NCBI GenBank assembly: GCA_900318355.1
Contig: ONKE01000050.1
Coordinates: forward strand, 19,701 to 83,700
Length of the DNA: 64,000 nt
Source of the DNA: an uncultured Bacteroidales bacterium
Lineage (GTDB): Bacteria; Bacteroidota; Bacteroidia; Bacteroidales; UBA932
Reading direction: 5' to 3'
A program made the translations under genes and the position numbers. Every line of letters starts with the position of its first letter. Position 1 is the first letter of the stretch. Shown here piece after piece: positions 11,371 through 21,184 of this stretch. Below the pieces are notes generated by a model, which did no database searches, was not told the DNA's origin, and was given only the letters and a program-made list of their open reading frames with translations.

Positions 11371-13562
11371 GTTTTTCCGAATTCACACAGAGCGACTACG
11401 AAGTCATCGAACGCGACTACGCCCTCCTGAAGGAAGCCGCCAGGAAGCGCTGTGCCTCCGAAGAAGAGCTGCAGGTCGTCCAGAAGGCCTTCGATTTCGC
11501 CAATGAAGCTCACAGGAACGTCCGCCGCCGCTCCGGCGAACCATACATACTCCACCCCATAGCCGTAGCGAAGATAGTGGTCAGCGACATAGGGCTCGGA
11601 TACAAATCCATCTCGGCAGCCCTCCTCCACGACGTCGTGGAAGACACCGACTACACCGTGGAAGATATCCGGAAGCTGTTCGGAGACAAGATCGCCTCGC
11701 TGGTCGAGGGTCTGACCAAAATCAAGAACGTACTCGATTCCCAGGCCGGAAAGGACGAGGCCTACACCCGAAGCCTCCAGGCCGAAAACTTCAAGCGCAT
11801 CCTCCTCACCCTCGGCGACGACGTCCGCGTCGTGCTGATTAAGCTTGCGGACCGCCTTCACAACTGCCGCACAATCGAGTTCATGCCCGAATACAAGCGC
11901 GACAAGATACTCTCCGAGACCATGTTCATCTTCGTTCCGCTGGCCCACCGCCTGGGCCTGTACGAGATAAAATCGGAGATGGAAAACATCTGGCTGCGCT
12001 ACAAGGAACCCGATGCCTATGCGGAGATTTCCGCCCTTATCGACCGCAACCTCTCGGACAAGAAAAAGGAGATCGACCGCTTCATAATCCCGGTCGAGGA
12101 GGCACTGGAAAAGGCCGGATTCCAGTTCGAGATACGCAAGAGGGTCAAGACCCCCTACTCCATCTGGCACAAGATGCAGACCAAGAACATCTCCTTCGAG
12201 GAGGTGTACGACCTCTACGCCATCCGCATCATCTTCACGCCCGACTCTTCGTCCAATGAGAGCGAACGCGACCAGTGCTACCATATATTCTCGATAATCA
12301 CCGGCATCTACAAATACAAGCCGGAACGTGTCCGCGACTGGGTCAAACACCCCAAGAGCAACGGCTACGAGGCTCTCCACTGCACCCTGCTGAGCGACAA
12401 CGGCGTCTGGATCGAAGTCCAGATACGCACCAAGCGCATGGACGACATCGCCGAAAAGGGCATCGCCGCCCACTGGGCCTACAAGAAAGACGGATACGTG
12501 AGCGAAAATGACAGCGAGATGGACAAGTGGCTCGACAAGGTCAAGGACATCATCTCCAACCCCGACGTAGGCGCCCTCGAACTTCTCGAAATCGTCCACA
12601 ACGACCTCGTCTCCTCCGACATCGTCGTCTTCACCCCGAAGGGCGACCAGAAATCGGTCCAGAAAGGCGCTACGGCACTGGACCTTGCCTACCAGATCCA
12701 CACCGACATCGGCCACCATGCCATCGCCGCCAAGGTCAACATGAAGCTGGTTCCCCTGTCCTACGTGCTCCGCAGCGGCGACCAGGTGGAAATAATTACC
12801 GCAGAGGACGAAAAGCCGAAAAAAGAGTGGCTCCACTTCCTCTACACCCGCCACGCTCGCAACGCGGTCATGGACTATTTCCGTGCCGACCGCGCCCAAA
12901 TGGCCAAGGCCGGCCGCGACATCGTGCAGGAGCAGCTCAAGGCCATCGGCATCCATCCTTCCGACGGCATGTTCCGGCGCATGGCTCTCCAGATGGAAGT
13001 AGGCAACGCCGACGAACTTTTCTTCCGCTACAGCCTCGGCCTGATTCCTTTCGACGCCATCGTCGACATGGCCGGACAGAAGCCGGTCCAGCAGACAAAG
13101 CGGCGCTGGACCTTCCCCTGGTCCAGGAAAGAAGCCCCGGCCAAGCCAAAATATATCCTTGCATCCTGCTGCAAGCCAATCCCCGGCGACGCCATCGTAG
13201 CCTTCAAGCAGCCCGACGGAACGATTTCCGTCCATAAGAAGAGCTGCAACGTCGCCGAGAGCATCGCCTCCAAGCACGGCGACTGGATCGTTACGCCCCA
13301 GTGGGAGGAAATCCAGGGCCAGGACTATCTGGTCCGCATCAGCATACGCGGGACCGACCGGGTGGGCCTGCTCAACGAAATCACCCGCTACATCTCCCTT
13401 GTCATGGGAATCAACATGAAAAAGATGGTGCTCGGCTCGGAAGAAGGCATCTTCGAGGGCTATCTCGACCTCTTCGTCCACGACAAGGACGTATTGACGA
13501 CGCTTATGGGCAAAATATCGGGAATCAGCGGCATCGAAAGAGTAATGAGGACGGAACTATGA
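11367..13562 (+). CDS. bifunctional RelA/SpoT-family (p)ppGpp synthetase/hydrolase
   Basis: Start MSFSEFTQSDYEV has an ATGA overlap with the upstream stop. HD hydrolase motifs (HPIAVAKIVV, LLHDVVEDT), synthetase region (YSIWHKMQTKNISFEEVYDLYAIRII), and TGS and ACT-like C-terminus. Confidence 0.9.
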
Positions 13563-15367
13563 CTTTGAAACGATTCTTATCCAAATACTTCCCTATCATT
13601 CCGGTAGCCCTGGTACTCGTCCCGATGCTGGTCGGGCCGGGTTGCGCCAACACCACTACCCCTCCGACGGGCGGAAAGAAAGACACCATCCCCCCTGTGA
13701 TCGTGGGGCTGAAGCCTCTCCCGGGAGAAGTCGGCGTATCGACACACAAGACCCAGATAGCCATCACTTTCGACGAATACGTCACCGTCAAGGACCCCAA
13801 GAGCATCTTCCTTTCTCCGCCGCTTGAGAAGAACCCGCGCTACAAGATGAGGGGAAAGACGCTGATCGTGTATTTCGATTCCGACCTGGACTCCAACACC
13901 ACCTACACTCTGGACCTTACCAACGCCGTCGCCGACAACAACGAAAGCAACATGTACCCGGGCTACACGCTCACCTTCTCCACGGGCGATCAGATTGATT
14001 CCATGGTGGTTACGGGCACGGTACGCGACTGCAACACCCTCCAGCCGATAAAGGGCGCGACGGTCATGCTCTATAAAGACCTCGCCGACTCGGCCATCTT
14101 CCTCCACAGGCCCGACGCGGCGGTAAAGACCGACGAATGGGGCTATTTCTCGCTCCGGAACATCGCCGATACGCTCTATCGGCTTTACGCCCTTGTCGAC
14201 GATGCCGCCAACAATATCTATGAGCCTGAAAATGACAAGGTTGCCTTCATCGACACCATAATCAGGCCCACGATGGTCGTAAGCGACACCCTGCCGGAGC
14301 TCCTCAAATACGACATGAAAGACACGGTCAACTGCATGGCCAGACGCTCGGAGCACGAACTGTACATCTTCCGGGAAAAGCCGACCAAGCAGCTGATAGT
14401 CAACAAGGAACGTGTCGGCATCCGTTCGGCCTACCTGACCTTCATGGCCCCCAACGCCCAGGTCGACTCAATTTGGGTGAAGGGCTTTCCCGCCAACAGG
14501 CTCATCCTACAGTTCAACCTTCAGCGCGACAGCCTCGAACTTTGGATAAACGACAGGCGCAAGCGCTTCCCCGACACCCTCCACACCTTCGTGGACTACC
14601 TCAAGACCGACTCCCTGGGCAAGCTCCAGCCCTACACGGAACATCTCCGGCTGGCAAGCGACAAGGTCAAGGCGGCCTCCAAGAGTTCCCGCAAGAACAT
14701 CAAGCACGAAGACACCACCTGCGTGGTGAAGATCGCCGCCGAGCCCGAACGTGTCGAGCAATACGGCTTCGAATTCGAATTCCAGCTGCCAATCATCTAC
14801 GAGTCCTTCGACTCGCTCAAGCTCATTTCCGTGAACCCGAGACAGCAGGAGTCCCCGATGAAATTTACCGTCACGCGCGACTCCCTGAACCTGCGCAAAT
14901 ACACCCTGATGCCTTCCGAGAAGCTCCAGACGGGATATGAATACAAGCTTAAGGTTCCATACCGTAAATTCCGGGACATCAACGGTTCCTACAACGACAG
15001 CACCGAGGTCAAGGTGTCCCTTCCCAAGGATGACAAGCTGAGCCGCCTGGACCTTGTCCTCAGCGATGTCCACTTCAACTACATCGTCGACCTTCTCAAC
15101 GAAAAACGCGACAGGGTGCTCCGCAGCTACAAGATAACTTCCGACTGCACCCTGCCATTCCCCTACCTGAAGGCGGGAAAATACTCCATCCGCATCACCG
15201 AAGACCGCAATGCCAACGGGCTCGTCGACACCGGCAGCCTGCTGGAACACCGTCAGCCGGAGAAAGTCAAGTTCTACCGCCTCAAAGGCGGCTCCTACGT
15301 GCTGGACATAAAGGAATCCACCGAATTGGAGCAGCCCATCAACATAGCCAAATTATTTGAAGACTGA
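13559..15367 (+). CDS. Ig-like (SbsA/Big_5-like) domain lipoprotein, function unknown
   Basis: Start MTLKRFLSKYFPIIPVALVLVPMLVGPGC (lipobox) has an ATGA overlap with the rel stop. N-terminal DTIPPVIVGLKPLPGEVGVS...ITFDEYV resembles SbsA-type Ig domains. A carboxypeptidase-regulatory-like VTGTVRD segment follows. Confidence 0.6.
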   Translation: MTLKRFLSKYFPIIPVALVLVPMLVGPGCANTTTPPTGGKKDTIPPVIVGLKPLPGEVGVSTHKTQIAITFDEYVTVKDPKSIFLSPPLEKNPRYKMRGKTLIVYFDSDLDSNTTYTLDLTNAVADNNESNMYPGYTLTFSTGDQIDSMVVTGTVRDCNTLQPIKGATVMLYKDLADSAIFLHRPDAAVKTDEWGYFSLRNIADTLYRLYALVDDAANNIYEPENDKVAFIDTIIRPTMVVSDTLPELLKYDMKDTVNCMARRSEHELYIFREKPTKQLIVNKERVGIRSAYLTFMAPNAQVDSIWVKGFPANRLILQFNLQRDSLELWINDRRKRFPDTLHTFVDYLKTDSLGKLQPYTEHLRLASDKVKAASKSSRKNIKHEDTTCVVKIAAEPERVEQYGFEFEFQLPIIYESFDSLKLISVNPRQQESPMKFTVTRDSLNLRKYTLMPSEKLQTGYEYKLKVPYRKFRDINGSYNDSTEVKVSLPKDDKLSRLDLVLSDVHFNYIVDLLNEKRDRVLRSYKITSDCTLPFPYLKAGKYSIRITEDRNANGLVDTGSLLEHRQPEKVKFYRLKGGSYVLDIKESTELEQPINIAKLFED

Positions 15368-16356
15368 TGCGCCGCACCATCATATATATTCTCGTTTCGG
15401 CCCTTGCCGCCGCGGCACTGTTCCCCGTCGGGGCCCAGGATCGCCGCGACACGCTGGCGCTGGAGTGGGCGGATTCCCTGACCAATGAATACCTCGACAC
15501 GGTCAACGTCAAGCGCAAGGCCGCGATCAACGACTATTCGATGATCGGAGTCTATTACGGACCGTCGCTCGCCTCGACAAGTTTCAATCCCACGAAGAAC
15601 GGCGAGATGGTGTTCCGGCCGGTCAATTACGGCATTGTCTGGACCAAATACGGCAAGATGTTCGGCTACATGCCCTATTTCGGCGTTCAGCTGAGTTTCG
15701 GCTACGGCCAGGACGGCTATCGCATCAAGGTCCCCAAAACCGGCTGGCCCCAGGTCGTCGACGGCTACATCGCCGCGAAATACGAATACCTCGAAGCGGC
15801 CGCCATGGGCCACATGCACATAGACATAGGCAACAACTTCAAGCTTATGGCCAACATCGGCCTCTACGGGGGCTACCGCCTGAGCATTGAAAGGGAAATG
15901 GCCGAAGGTTATGAGCAGCATATGTTCAACGTCACAGACTCGTACAAGCCGGCCGAACCGGAATACGACATGAACGGCAGGACATACGACTACATCATAG
16001 CCAACCACCTTAACGAGTTTTATCCCTTCGAATACCGCTGGGAATACGGCATCAAGGGTGGGGCCGGCTTCGGCCTCATCTTCGACCCCGTGGAAATCCA
16101 CATCAACGCTATGCTGCGCTATGGTTTCGGCTCCCTTTACCAGCCCGACTACTACAGCCGTGAATACTACCGTTTCGCCTATCCGCTGGACGTAGTGATC
16201 ACGGCCGGAATACATTTCCAGCTCACCAAACGGCGCGGAAAGACCAACAAACAGCTAAAGCAGGAAGCCAGGGCCCTGGTCTATGGCAAAAACACGTCCG
16301 CCGCCAACAACGCTAAAATAGATTTCAATGAAGATACTCTCAGCCAGGGCAGGTAA
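15367..16356 (+). CDS. outer-membrane beta-barrel protein (porin-family-like), function unknown
   Basis: 329-aa ORF with a TGATG overlap onto the upstream stop. Signal peptide MRRTIIYILVSALAAAALFPVGAQ. Alternating aromatic/glycine beta-strand pattern (YGIVWTKYG, GVQLSFGYG, GLYGGYRL, GGAGFGLIF). Confidence 0.55.
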   Translation: MRRTIIYILVSALAAAALFPVGAQDRRDTLALEWADSLTNEYLDTVNVKRKAAINDYSMIGVYYGPSLASTSFNPTKNGEMVFRPVNYGIVWTKYGKMFGYMPYFGVQLSFGYGQDGYRIKVPKTGWPQVVDGYIAAKYEYLEAAAMGHMHIDIGNNFKLMANIGLYGGYRLSIEREMAEGYEQHMFNVTDSYKPAEPEYDMNGRTYDYIIANHLNEFYPFEYRWEYGIKGGAGFGLIFDPVEIHINAMLRYGFGSLYQPDYYSREYYRFAYPLDVVITAGIHFQLTKRRGKTNKQLKQEARALVYGKNTSAANNAKIDFNEDTLSQGR

Positions 16357-17665
16357 TGTCCTGATAGGTCCGGGCCACCCCATCGTGATCCAGACAATGT
16401 GCAACACCCACACCAGCGACGTGGATGCGACTGTGGCCCAGTGCCGCCGACTCGCAGCGGCCGGTTCCCAGCTGATCCGAATCACCTGTCCGGGGCTTCA
16501 GGATGTCCCTGCGATGAAGGAAATCCACGACAGGCTGCGCTCAGAAGGCATCGACACTCCCCTTGTCGCCGATATCCACTTCTCGAGCGAAACAGCCATC
16601 GCCGTCGCGCCTATAGTCGAGAAAGTCCGCATCAACCCCGGCAATTTCCACAAGGACCACGACGAGGCCTGCAGGCAGTTCGCACGGCTCGTGGATGTGT
16701 GCAAGGCCAGTGGGACCGCAATCCGCATCGGCCTCAATCACGGTTCGCTCGGCGCCCGGATCACGCAGCTCTACGGCAACACGCCCGAGGCAATGGCCAA
16801 AGCGGCCATGGAGTGGCTCCGCCTCTGCGTCGACAACGATTTCTACAACGTCGTCGTATCCCTGAAATCCAGCAACACCGTCGTCATGGTGGAAGCCTAC
16901 AGGCTGCTCAAACGCGAAATGGAGGCATTCGGGACGGTCTTCCCGCTGCACGTCGGTGTGACGGAAGCCGGCAACGGCGATTCCGGCCGCATCAAGTCCT
17001 GCGTCGGCATTTCCGCCCTGCTCTCGGAAGGAATCGGCGACACAGTCCGCGTATCGCTAACGGAAGATCCCGAGGCCGAACTTCCGGTGGCGCGCTACCT
17101 CTCCGACCGCTATGGCAGAAGGGTCTTCTCCTCGCTGTCCACCCTGTCGATAAACGGCCGTGAAGCCGTCGCAACCTACGACGCCCCTTCCCGGGAGAAG
17201 CTGCTGCTCGACGCCGCCTGCGACTTCGGCAAGCGTCTTCTGGACAAGCAGCTCGACTCGGTCACCTTCACCGGCACTTACAGGGACGAAGACGGCTCCG
17301 AAGTCTCCATCGCCGACAGTGGACTGGGAGAATATCTCGCCGACGAACTGCTCCAGGCCGCACGCCGCCGCTTCTACAAGCCTGAATACATCGCATGTCC
17401 CGGCTGCGGCCGCACGATGTACGACCTGCAATCGGCCTTCGAGACCGTGAAATCCCGCACCGGACACCTGCGCGATGTCGTTATCGCCGTCATGGGCTGC
17501 ATAGTCAACGGGCCGGGCGAAATGGCCGACGCCGACTGGGGCTATGTCGGCGAAGGCGGAGGCCGCGTGTCCATCTACAAGGGCAAGGAGCCCGTACTGC
17601 GCCACATCCCCGAATCCGAAGCCGCTGACAAACTGCTGGAACTCATTCAGGGTCAATCCGCATAA
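16328..17665 (+). CDS. ispG: 4-hydroxy-3-methylbut-2-en-1-yl diphosphate synthase
   Basis: PIVIQTMCNTHTSD, PLVADIHF, KVRINPGNF. Fe-S Cys motifs CPGCGRT and GCIVNGPGE. 445 aa. The ATG overlaps the preceding gene by 29 nt. Confidence 0.9.
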   Translation: MKILSARAGNVLIGPGHPIVIQTMCNTHTSDVDATVAQCRRLAAAGSQLIRITCPGLQDVPAMKEIHDRLRSEGIDTPLVADIHFSSETAIAVAPIVEKVRINPGNFHKDHDEACRQFARLVDVCKASGTAIRIGLNHGSLGARITQLYGNTPEAMAKAAMEWLRLCVDNDFYNVVVSLKSSNTVVMVEAYRLLKREMEAFGTVFPLHVGVTEAGNGDSGRIKSCVGISALLSEGIGDTVRVSLTEDPEAELPVARYLSDRYGRRVFSSLSTLSINGREAVATYDAPSREKLLLDAACDFGKRLLDKQLDSVTFTGTYRDEDGSEVSIADSGLGEYLADELLQAARRRFYKPEYIACPGCGRTMYDLQSAFETVKSRTGHLRDVVIAVMGCIVNGPGEMADADWGYVGEGGGRVSIYKGKEPVLRHIPESEAADKLLELIQGQSA

Positions 17666-17689
17666 TACTCAATTAACGCAAAATTAAAA

Positions 17690-17732
17690 TTCAGGACAAG
17701 ATGAAAAGTTTTGTCCTGAAGGCATTCTTTTG
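17690..17732 (+). terminator. intrinsic terminator after ispG
   Basis: Perfect 10-bp stem ttcaggacaa/ttgtcctgaa (17690-17699 / 17711-17720) followed by a T-rich tract ggcattcttttg. Confidence 0.6.
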
Positions 17733-17746
17733 TAGAAATTATTTCT

Positions 17747-17754
17747 TAACTTTG
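17747..17754 (+). promoter_or_regulatory. putative -7 promoter box TAACTTTG for the oxidoreductase/DUF1080/TIM-barrel cluster
   Basis: Exact TAnnTTTG match 52 nt upstream of the ATG at 17807, just after the terminator. Confidence 0.45.
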
Positions 17755-17806
17755 AATGTGCTGAACATACGTAGCACGACAAACCAATAACCTAATTATA
17801 TCTTAT

Positions 17807-19282
17807 ATGGCAACAAATTTCTCAAGACGGGCATTCCTCAAAACAGGAACTGCAGCGGCCATCGGCATGGCCGTCTCACCTCAAAGCGTCTTCGCCTCCC
17901 AGGCGGAAAAGCACGTACCCCTTGACCGCAAGCTCAAGATCCTCGGCGTAGGCATCGGAGGACGTGGGGCAAGCGACCTCCGGGAAATGGAGACCGAAGA
18001 GATTATCGGTCTGTGCGACGTGGACTGGAAATATGCCGACCACGTGTTCAAGCGCTATCCCAATGCAAAGAAATATAAGGACTGGAGGGTTATGTTCGAC
18101 GAGCTGCTGGACCAGGCAGACGCCGTCATGGTAGCGACCGCCGACCACACCCACGCCATCATCGCGGCCACCGCAATCGCCGCCGGCAAGCATGTCTACT
18201 GCGAAAAGCCCCTTACCCGTACAGTGTACGAATCCAGGCTTCTGACCAAACTTGCCGCTAAACACAAGGTTGCCACCCAGATGGGCAACCAGGGTGCCTC
18301 CGACCCGGGCGTCCGTCAGGTCTGCGAATGGATCTGGAACGGCGAGATCGGCGAAGTGACCCGCGTCGACGCCTTCACCGACCGCCCCATCTGGCCCCAA
18401 GGCCTGGAGCGCCCCGCCAAAGTGGAGAAAGTGCCCAAGACCCTCGACTGGGACAGCTTCATCGGCCCTGCTCCCTTCCGTCCCTACAACTCGATCTACA
18501 CCCCCTGGAACTTCCGCGGCTGGTGGGATTTCGGTACCGGCGCCCTCGGCGACATGGCATGCCACATCCTACATCCGGCCTTCAAGGCCCTCAAGCTCGG
18601 CTATCCGACCAAGGTCCAGGGCAGTTCCACCGCCCTTCTGACCGATTCCTGCCCTAACGCCCAGAAGATCCGCTTCGTCTTCCCGGCCCGCGACAACATG
18701 CCTAAGGTGGCTATGCCCGAGGTTGTTGTCAACTGGTTCGACGGCGGCATTCTCCCCGACCGTCCCGAACTGCTCGAGGCCGGAAAGAGCCTCAATGACG
18801 CAGGCGGCGGCCTTATCTTCTACGGAACCAAGGACATCCTCATCTGCGGCTGCTACGGCGTCCGTCCCTACCTCCTCTCCGGCCGCGTTCCCAACGCTCC
18901 GAAGGTGCTCCGCGAGGTGAAGGTTTCCCACCAGCAGGACTGGATCCGCGCCTGCAAGGAAGACCCTTCATGGCGCACTCCCAGCGAGTCCGACTTCGCC
19001 ATGGCCGGTCCTTTCAACGAAATGGTCACCATGGGCGTTCTCGCCGTCCGTCTCCAGGCCCTGAACCAGGAGCTCGAATGGGACGGTGAAAACATGCGTT
19101 TCACCAACATCCCGGCCGGAGCGACGATCCGCACCATGATCCACGACGGTTTCTCCATCACCGACGGCCATCCGACCTTCCAAAACACCTACACCGACCC
19201 GGTGGACGCCAATCTCTACGCACAGGAACTCATCAAGCCCAAGTATCGCCACGGCTGGGTGCTTCCCGAAATGCCTGAATAA
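17807..19282 (+). CDS. Gfo/Idh/MocA family oxidoreductase with twin-arginine signal (periplasmic)
   Basis: MATNFSRRAFLKTGTAAAIGMAVSPQSVFA (SRRxFLK Tat motif). Rossmann GVGIGGRG. VYCEKPLT motif typical of Gfo/Idh/MocA. Confidence 0.85.
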   Translation: MATNFSRRAFLKTGTAAAIGMAVSPQSVFASQAEKHVPLDRKLKILGVGIGGRGASDLREMETEEIIGLCDVDWKYADHVFKRYPNAKKYKDWRVMFDELLDQADAVMVATADHTHAIIAATAIAAGKHVYCEKPLTRTVYESRLLTKLAAKHKVATQMGNQGASDPGVRQVCEWIWNGEIGEVTRVDAFTDRPIWPQGLERPAKVEKVPKTLDWDSFIGPAPFRPYNSIYTPWNFRGWWDFGTGALGDMACHILHPAFKALKLGYPTKVQGSSTALLTDSCPNAQKIRFVFPARDNMPKVAMPEVVVNWFDGGILPDRPELLEAGKSLNDAGGGLIFYGTKDILICGCYGVRPYLLSGRVPNAPKVLREVKVSHQQDWIRACKEDPSWRTPSESDFAMAGPFNEMVTMGVLAVRLQALNQELEWDGENMRFTNIPAGATIRTMIHDGFSITDGHPTFQNTYTDPVDANLYAQELIKPKYRHGWVLPEMPE

Positions 19283-19300
19283 CATAAATTTACCAGCAAT

Positions 19301-20146
19301 ATGAAGAAAATCCTTTTGCTCGCTGCAAGCGCAGCACTGATTCTTTCCGCCGTCTCCTGCGACAACAGCAAGAAGAAAAAAGCGGACGGCAAACCGGTCT
19401 ACACCGTAGTTGAAAACCCGCAGGTCGACCTTTCCGCCTTCCCCGTCGACGACGAGGGCTACATCGTTCTCTTTGACGGCACCTCCCTTAACGGCTGGCG
19501 CGGTTACGGCAAGGAAGCCGTCCCTTCACGCTGGACCATTGACGACGGAGCCCTGAAGTTCTCCGGCACCGGTTCCGGCGAGGCCCAGACCGGCGAAGGC
19601 GGCGACATCATCTTCGCCCACAAGTTCAAGAACTTTGAGCTCAAGCTCGAGTGGAAGGTCTCCAAGGGCGGCAACTCCGGTATCTTCTACCTCGCCCGCG
19701 AGGTCGAGACCCCCAACGAGGACGGCACCGTCAAATACGAGCCTATCTACATCTCCTCTCCTGAATATCAGGTACTTGACAATGCCAACCATCCCGATGC
19801 GAAGCTTGGCAAGGACGGCAACCGCCAGTCCGCTTCCCTCTACGACATGATTCCTGCCGTTCCTCAGAACCAGAAACCCTACGGAGAGTGGAACCAGGCC
19901 TCCATCATGGTATACAAAGGCACCGTCGTCCACAACCAGAACGACACCAACGTCCTCGAATACCATCTGTGGACCCCGAAGTGGACCGAAATGCTCCAGG
20001 CCAGCAAGTTCAGCCAGGAAGCCTGGCCCCTCGCCTACGAACTGCTCAACAACTGCGGCGGCGACGAGCATGAGGGCTACATCGGATTCCAGGATCACGG
20101 CGACGACGTGTGGTTCCGCAATATCCGCATCAAGATTCTCGACTAG
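19301..20146 (+). CDS. DUF1080 (3-keto-disaccharide hydrolase-like) lipoprotein
   Basis: Lipobox LILSAVSC. GWRGYG...W.IDDGALKF, FKNFELKLEWKVSKGGNSGIFY, and C-terminal GFQDHGDDVWFRNIRIK, all typical of DUF1080 proteins. Confidence 0.75.
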   Translation: MKKILLLAASAALILSAVSCDNSKKKKADGKPVYTVVENPQVDLSAFPVDDEGYIVLFDGTSLNGWRGYGKEAVPSRWTIDDGALKFSGTGSGEAQTGEGGDIIFAHKFKNFELKLEWKVSKGGNSGIFYLAREVETPNEDGTVKYEPIYISSPEYQVLDNANHPDAKLGKDGNRQSASLYDMIPAVPQNQKPYGEWNQASIMVYKGTVVHNQNDTNVLEYHLWTPKWTEMLQASKFSQEAWPLAYELLNNCGGDEHEGYIGFQDHGDDVWFRNIRIKILD

Positions 20147-20152
20147 GCAGAT

Positions 20153-21040
20153 ATGAAAATCAAGCTTTTAGTTCTCGCAGGCGCCGCCCTTCTGGCGGCG
20201 TCTTGCGCTACAGGCTCTCCTCAGAAGAAGGAGATGTGCATCCAGATGTATTCCGCCCGCAGCATCATCGGCGATCCGGCCGAGGGCAAGACCCCCTATG
20301 ACGTTGTGCTCAAGGAGCTTTCCGACATGGGCTACACTTCCATCGAGGCTGCCGGATACGGCGACGGAAAATTCTACGGCGACACCCCCGAAGTGTTCAA
20401 GCAGAAGGTTGAAGCGGCCGGCATGGAGGTCCTTTCCTCCCACACCGCTCGCGGCCTTTCCGCCGAAGAAGTGGCCTCTGGCGACCTTTCCGCGGCGCTT
20501 GCGTGGTGGGACGAGACCATCGCTGCCCACAAGGCCGCAGGGATGAAATACATCGTAACCCCGTGGATCGGCCCCCAGGCCTCCCTGCACGACCTCCAGG
20601 TCCAGTGCGACTACCTTAACGCCGTCGGTGCCAAATGTGCCGAAGCCGGAATCCAATACGGCTACCACAACCACGACTACGAGTTCGCCAAGGTCGAAGG
20701 TCAGGTAATGTACGACTACATGCTGGAACACACCGACCCGGCCCTGGTATTCTTCCAGATGGACGTCTATTGGGCTGTTATCGGCAACGCCGCCCCCGTA
20801 GAGTACTTCAAGCGCTATCCCGGCCGTTTCAAGATGCTCCACATCAAGGACGAAACCGAGATCGGCCAGAGCGGCATGGTAGGCTTCGACGCCATCTTCC
20901 GCAACGCGGAAACGGCTGGCCTACAGCACTATATCGTCGAGATTGAGCGCTACAGCTACGACGATATCCGCCGCAGTTTCAAGGAGAGCGCCGACTATCT
21001 GCTCAGCGCCCCCTTCGTTGCAGCTTCCTACGCTAAATAA
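20153..21040 (+). CDS. sugar phosphate isomerase/epimerase (xylose-isomerase-like TIM barrel) lipoprotein
   Basis: Lipobox LLAASC. 295 aa with AP-endonuclease-2/xylose-isomerase-like pattern (GYTSIEAAGY, YGYHNHDYEF, HIKD). Confidence 0.8.
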   Translation: MKIKLLVLAGAALLAASCATGSPQKKEMCIQMYSARSIIGDPAEGKTPYDVVLKELSDMGYTSIEAAGYGDGKFYGDTPEVFKQKVEAAGMEVLSSHTARGLSAEEVASGDLSAALAWWDETIAAHKAAGMKYIVTPWIGPQASLHDLQVQCDYLNAVGAKCAEAGIQYGYHNHDYEFAKVEGQVMYDYMLEHTDPALVFFQMDVYWAVIGNAAPVEYFKRYPGRFKMLHIKDETEIGQSGMVGFDAIFRNAETAGLQHYIVEIERYSYDDIRRSFKESADYLLSAPFVAASYAK

Positions 21041-21045
21041 TAAAA

Positions 21046-21167
21046 GAGAATAAGTTATCTCGTTTCAAAACCTGTGGCCGCCCATGGCCTCATGAATGGG
21101 AGGGGCCCAACTTGTTGGGAGGGACGGAGCGAAGCGGAGGGTTTTTGAAACGAGATAACTTATTCTC
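21046..21167. repeat. perfect 25-bp inverted repeat (gagaataagttatctcgtttcaaaa / ttttgaaacgagataacttattctc) around a 72-nt GC-rich spacer
   Basis: I checked the reverse complement base by base: 21046-21070 pairs with 21143-21167. The right arm continues into three tandem 8-mers KTATTCTC (21160-21183). The element fills the convergent gap between the TIM-barrel gene and nadE. Confidence 0.9.
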
Positions 21168-21184
21168 GTATTCTCTTATTCTCT

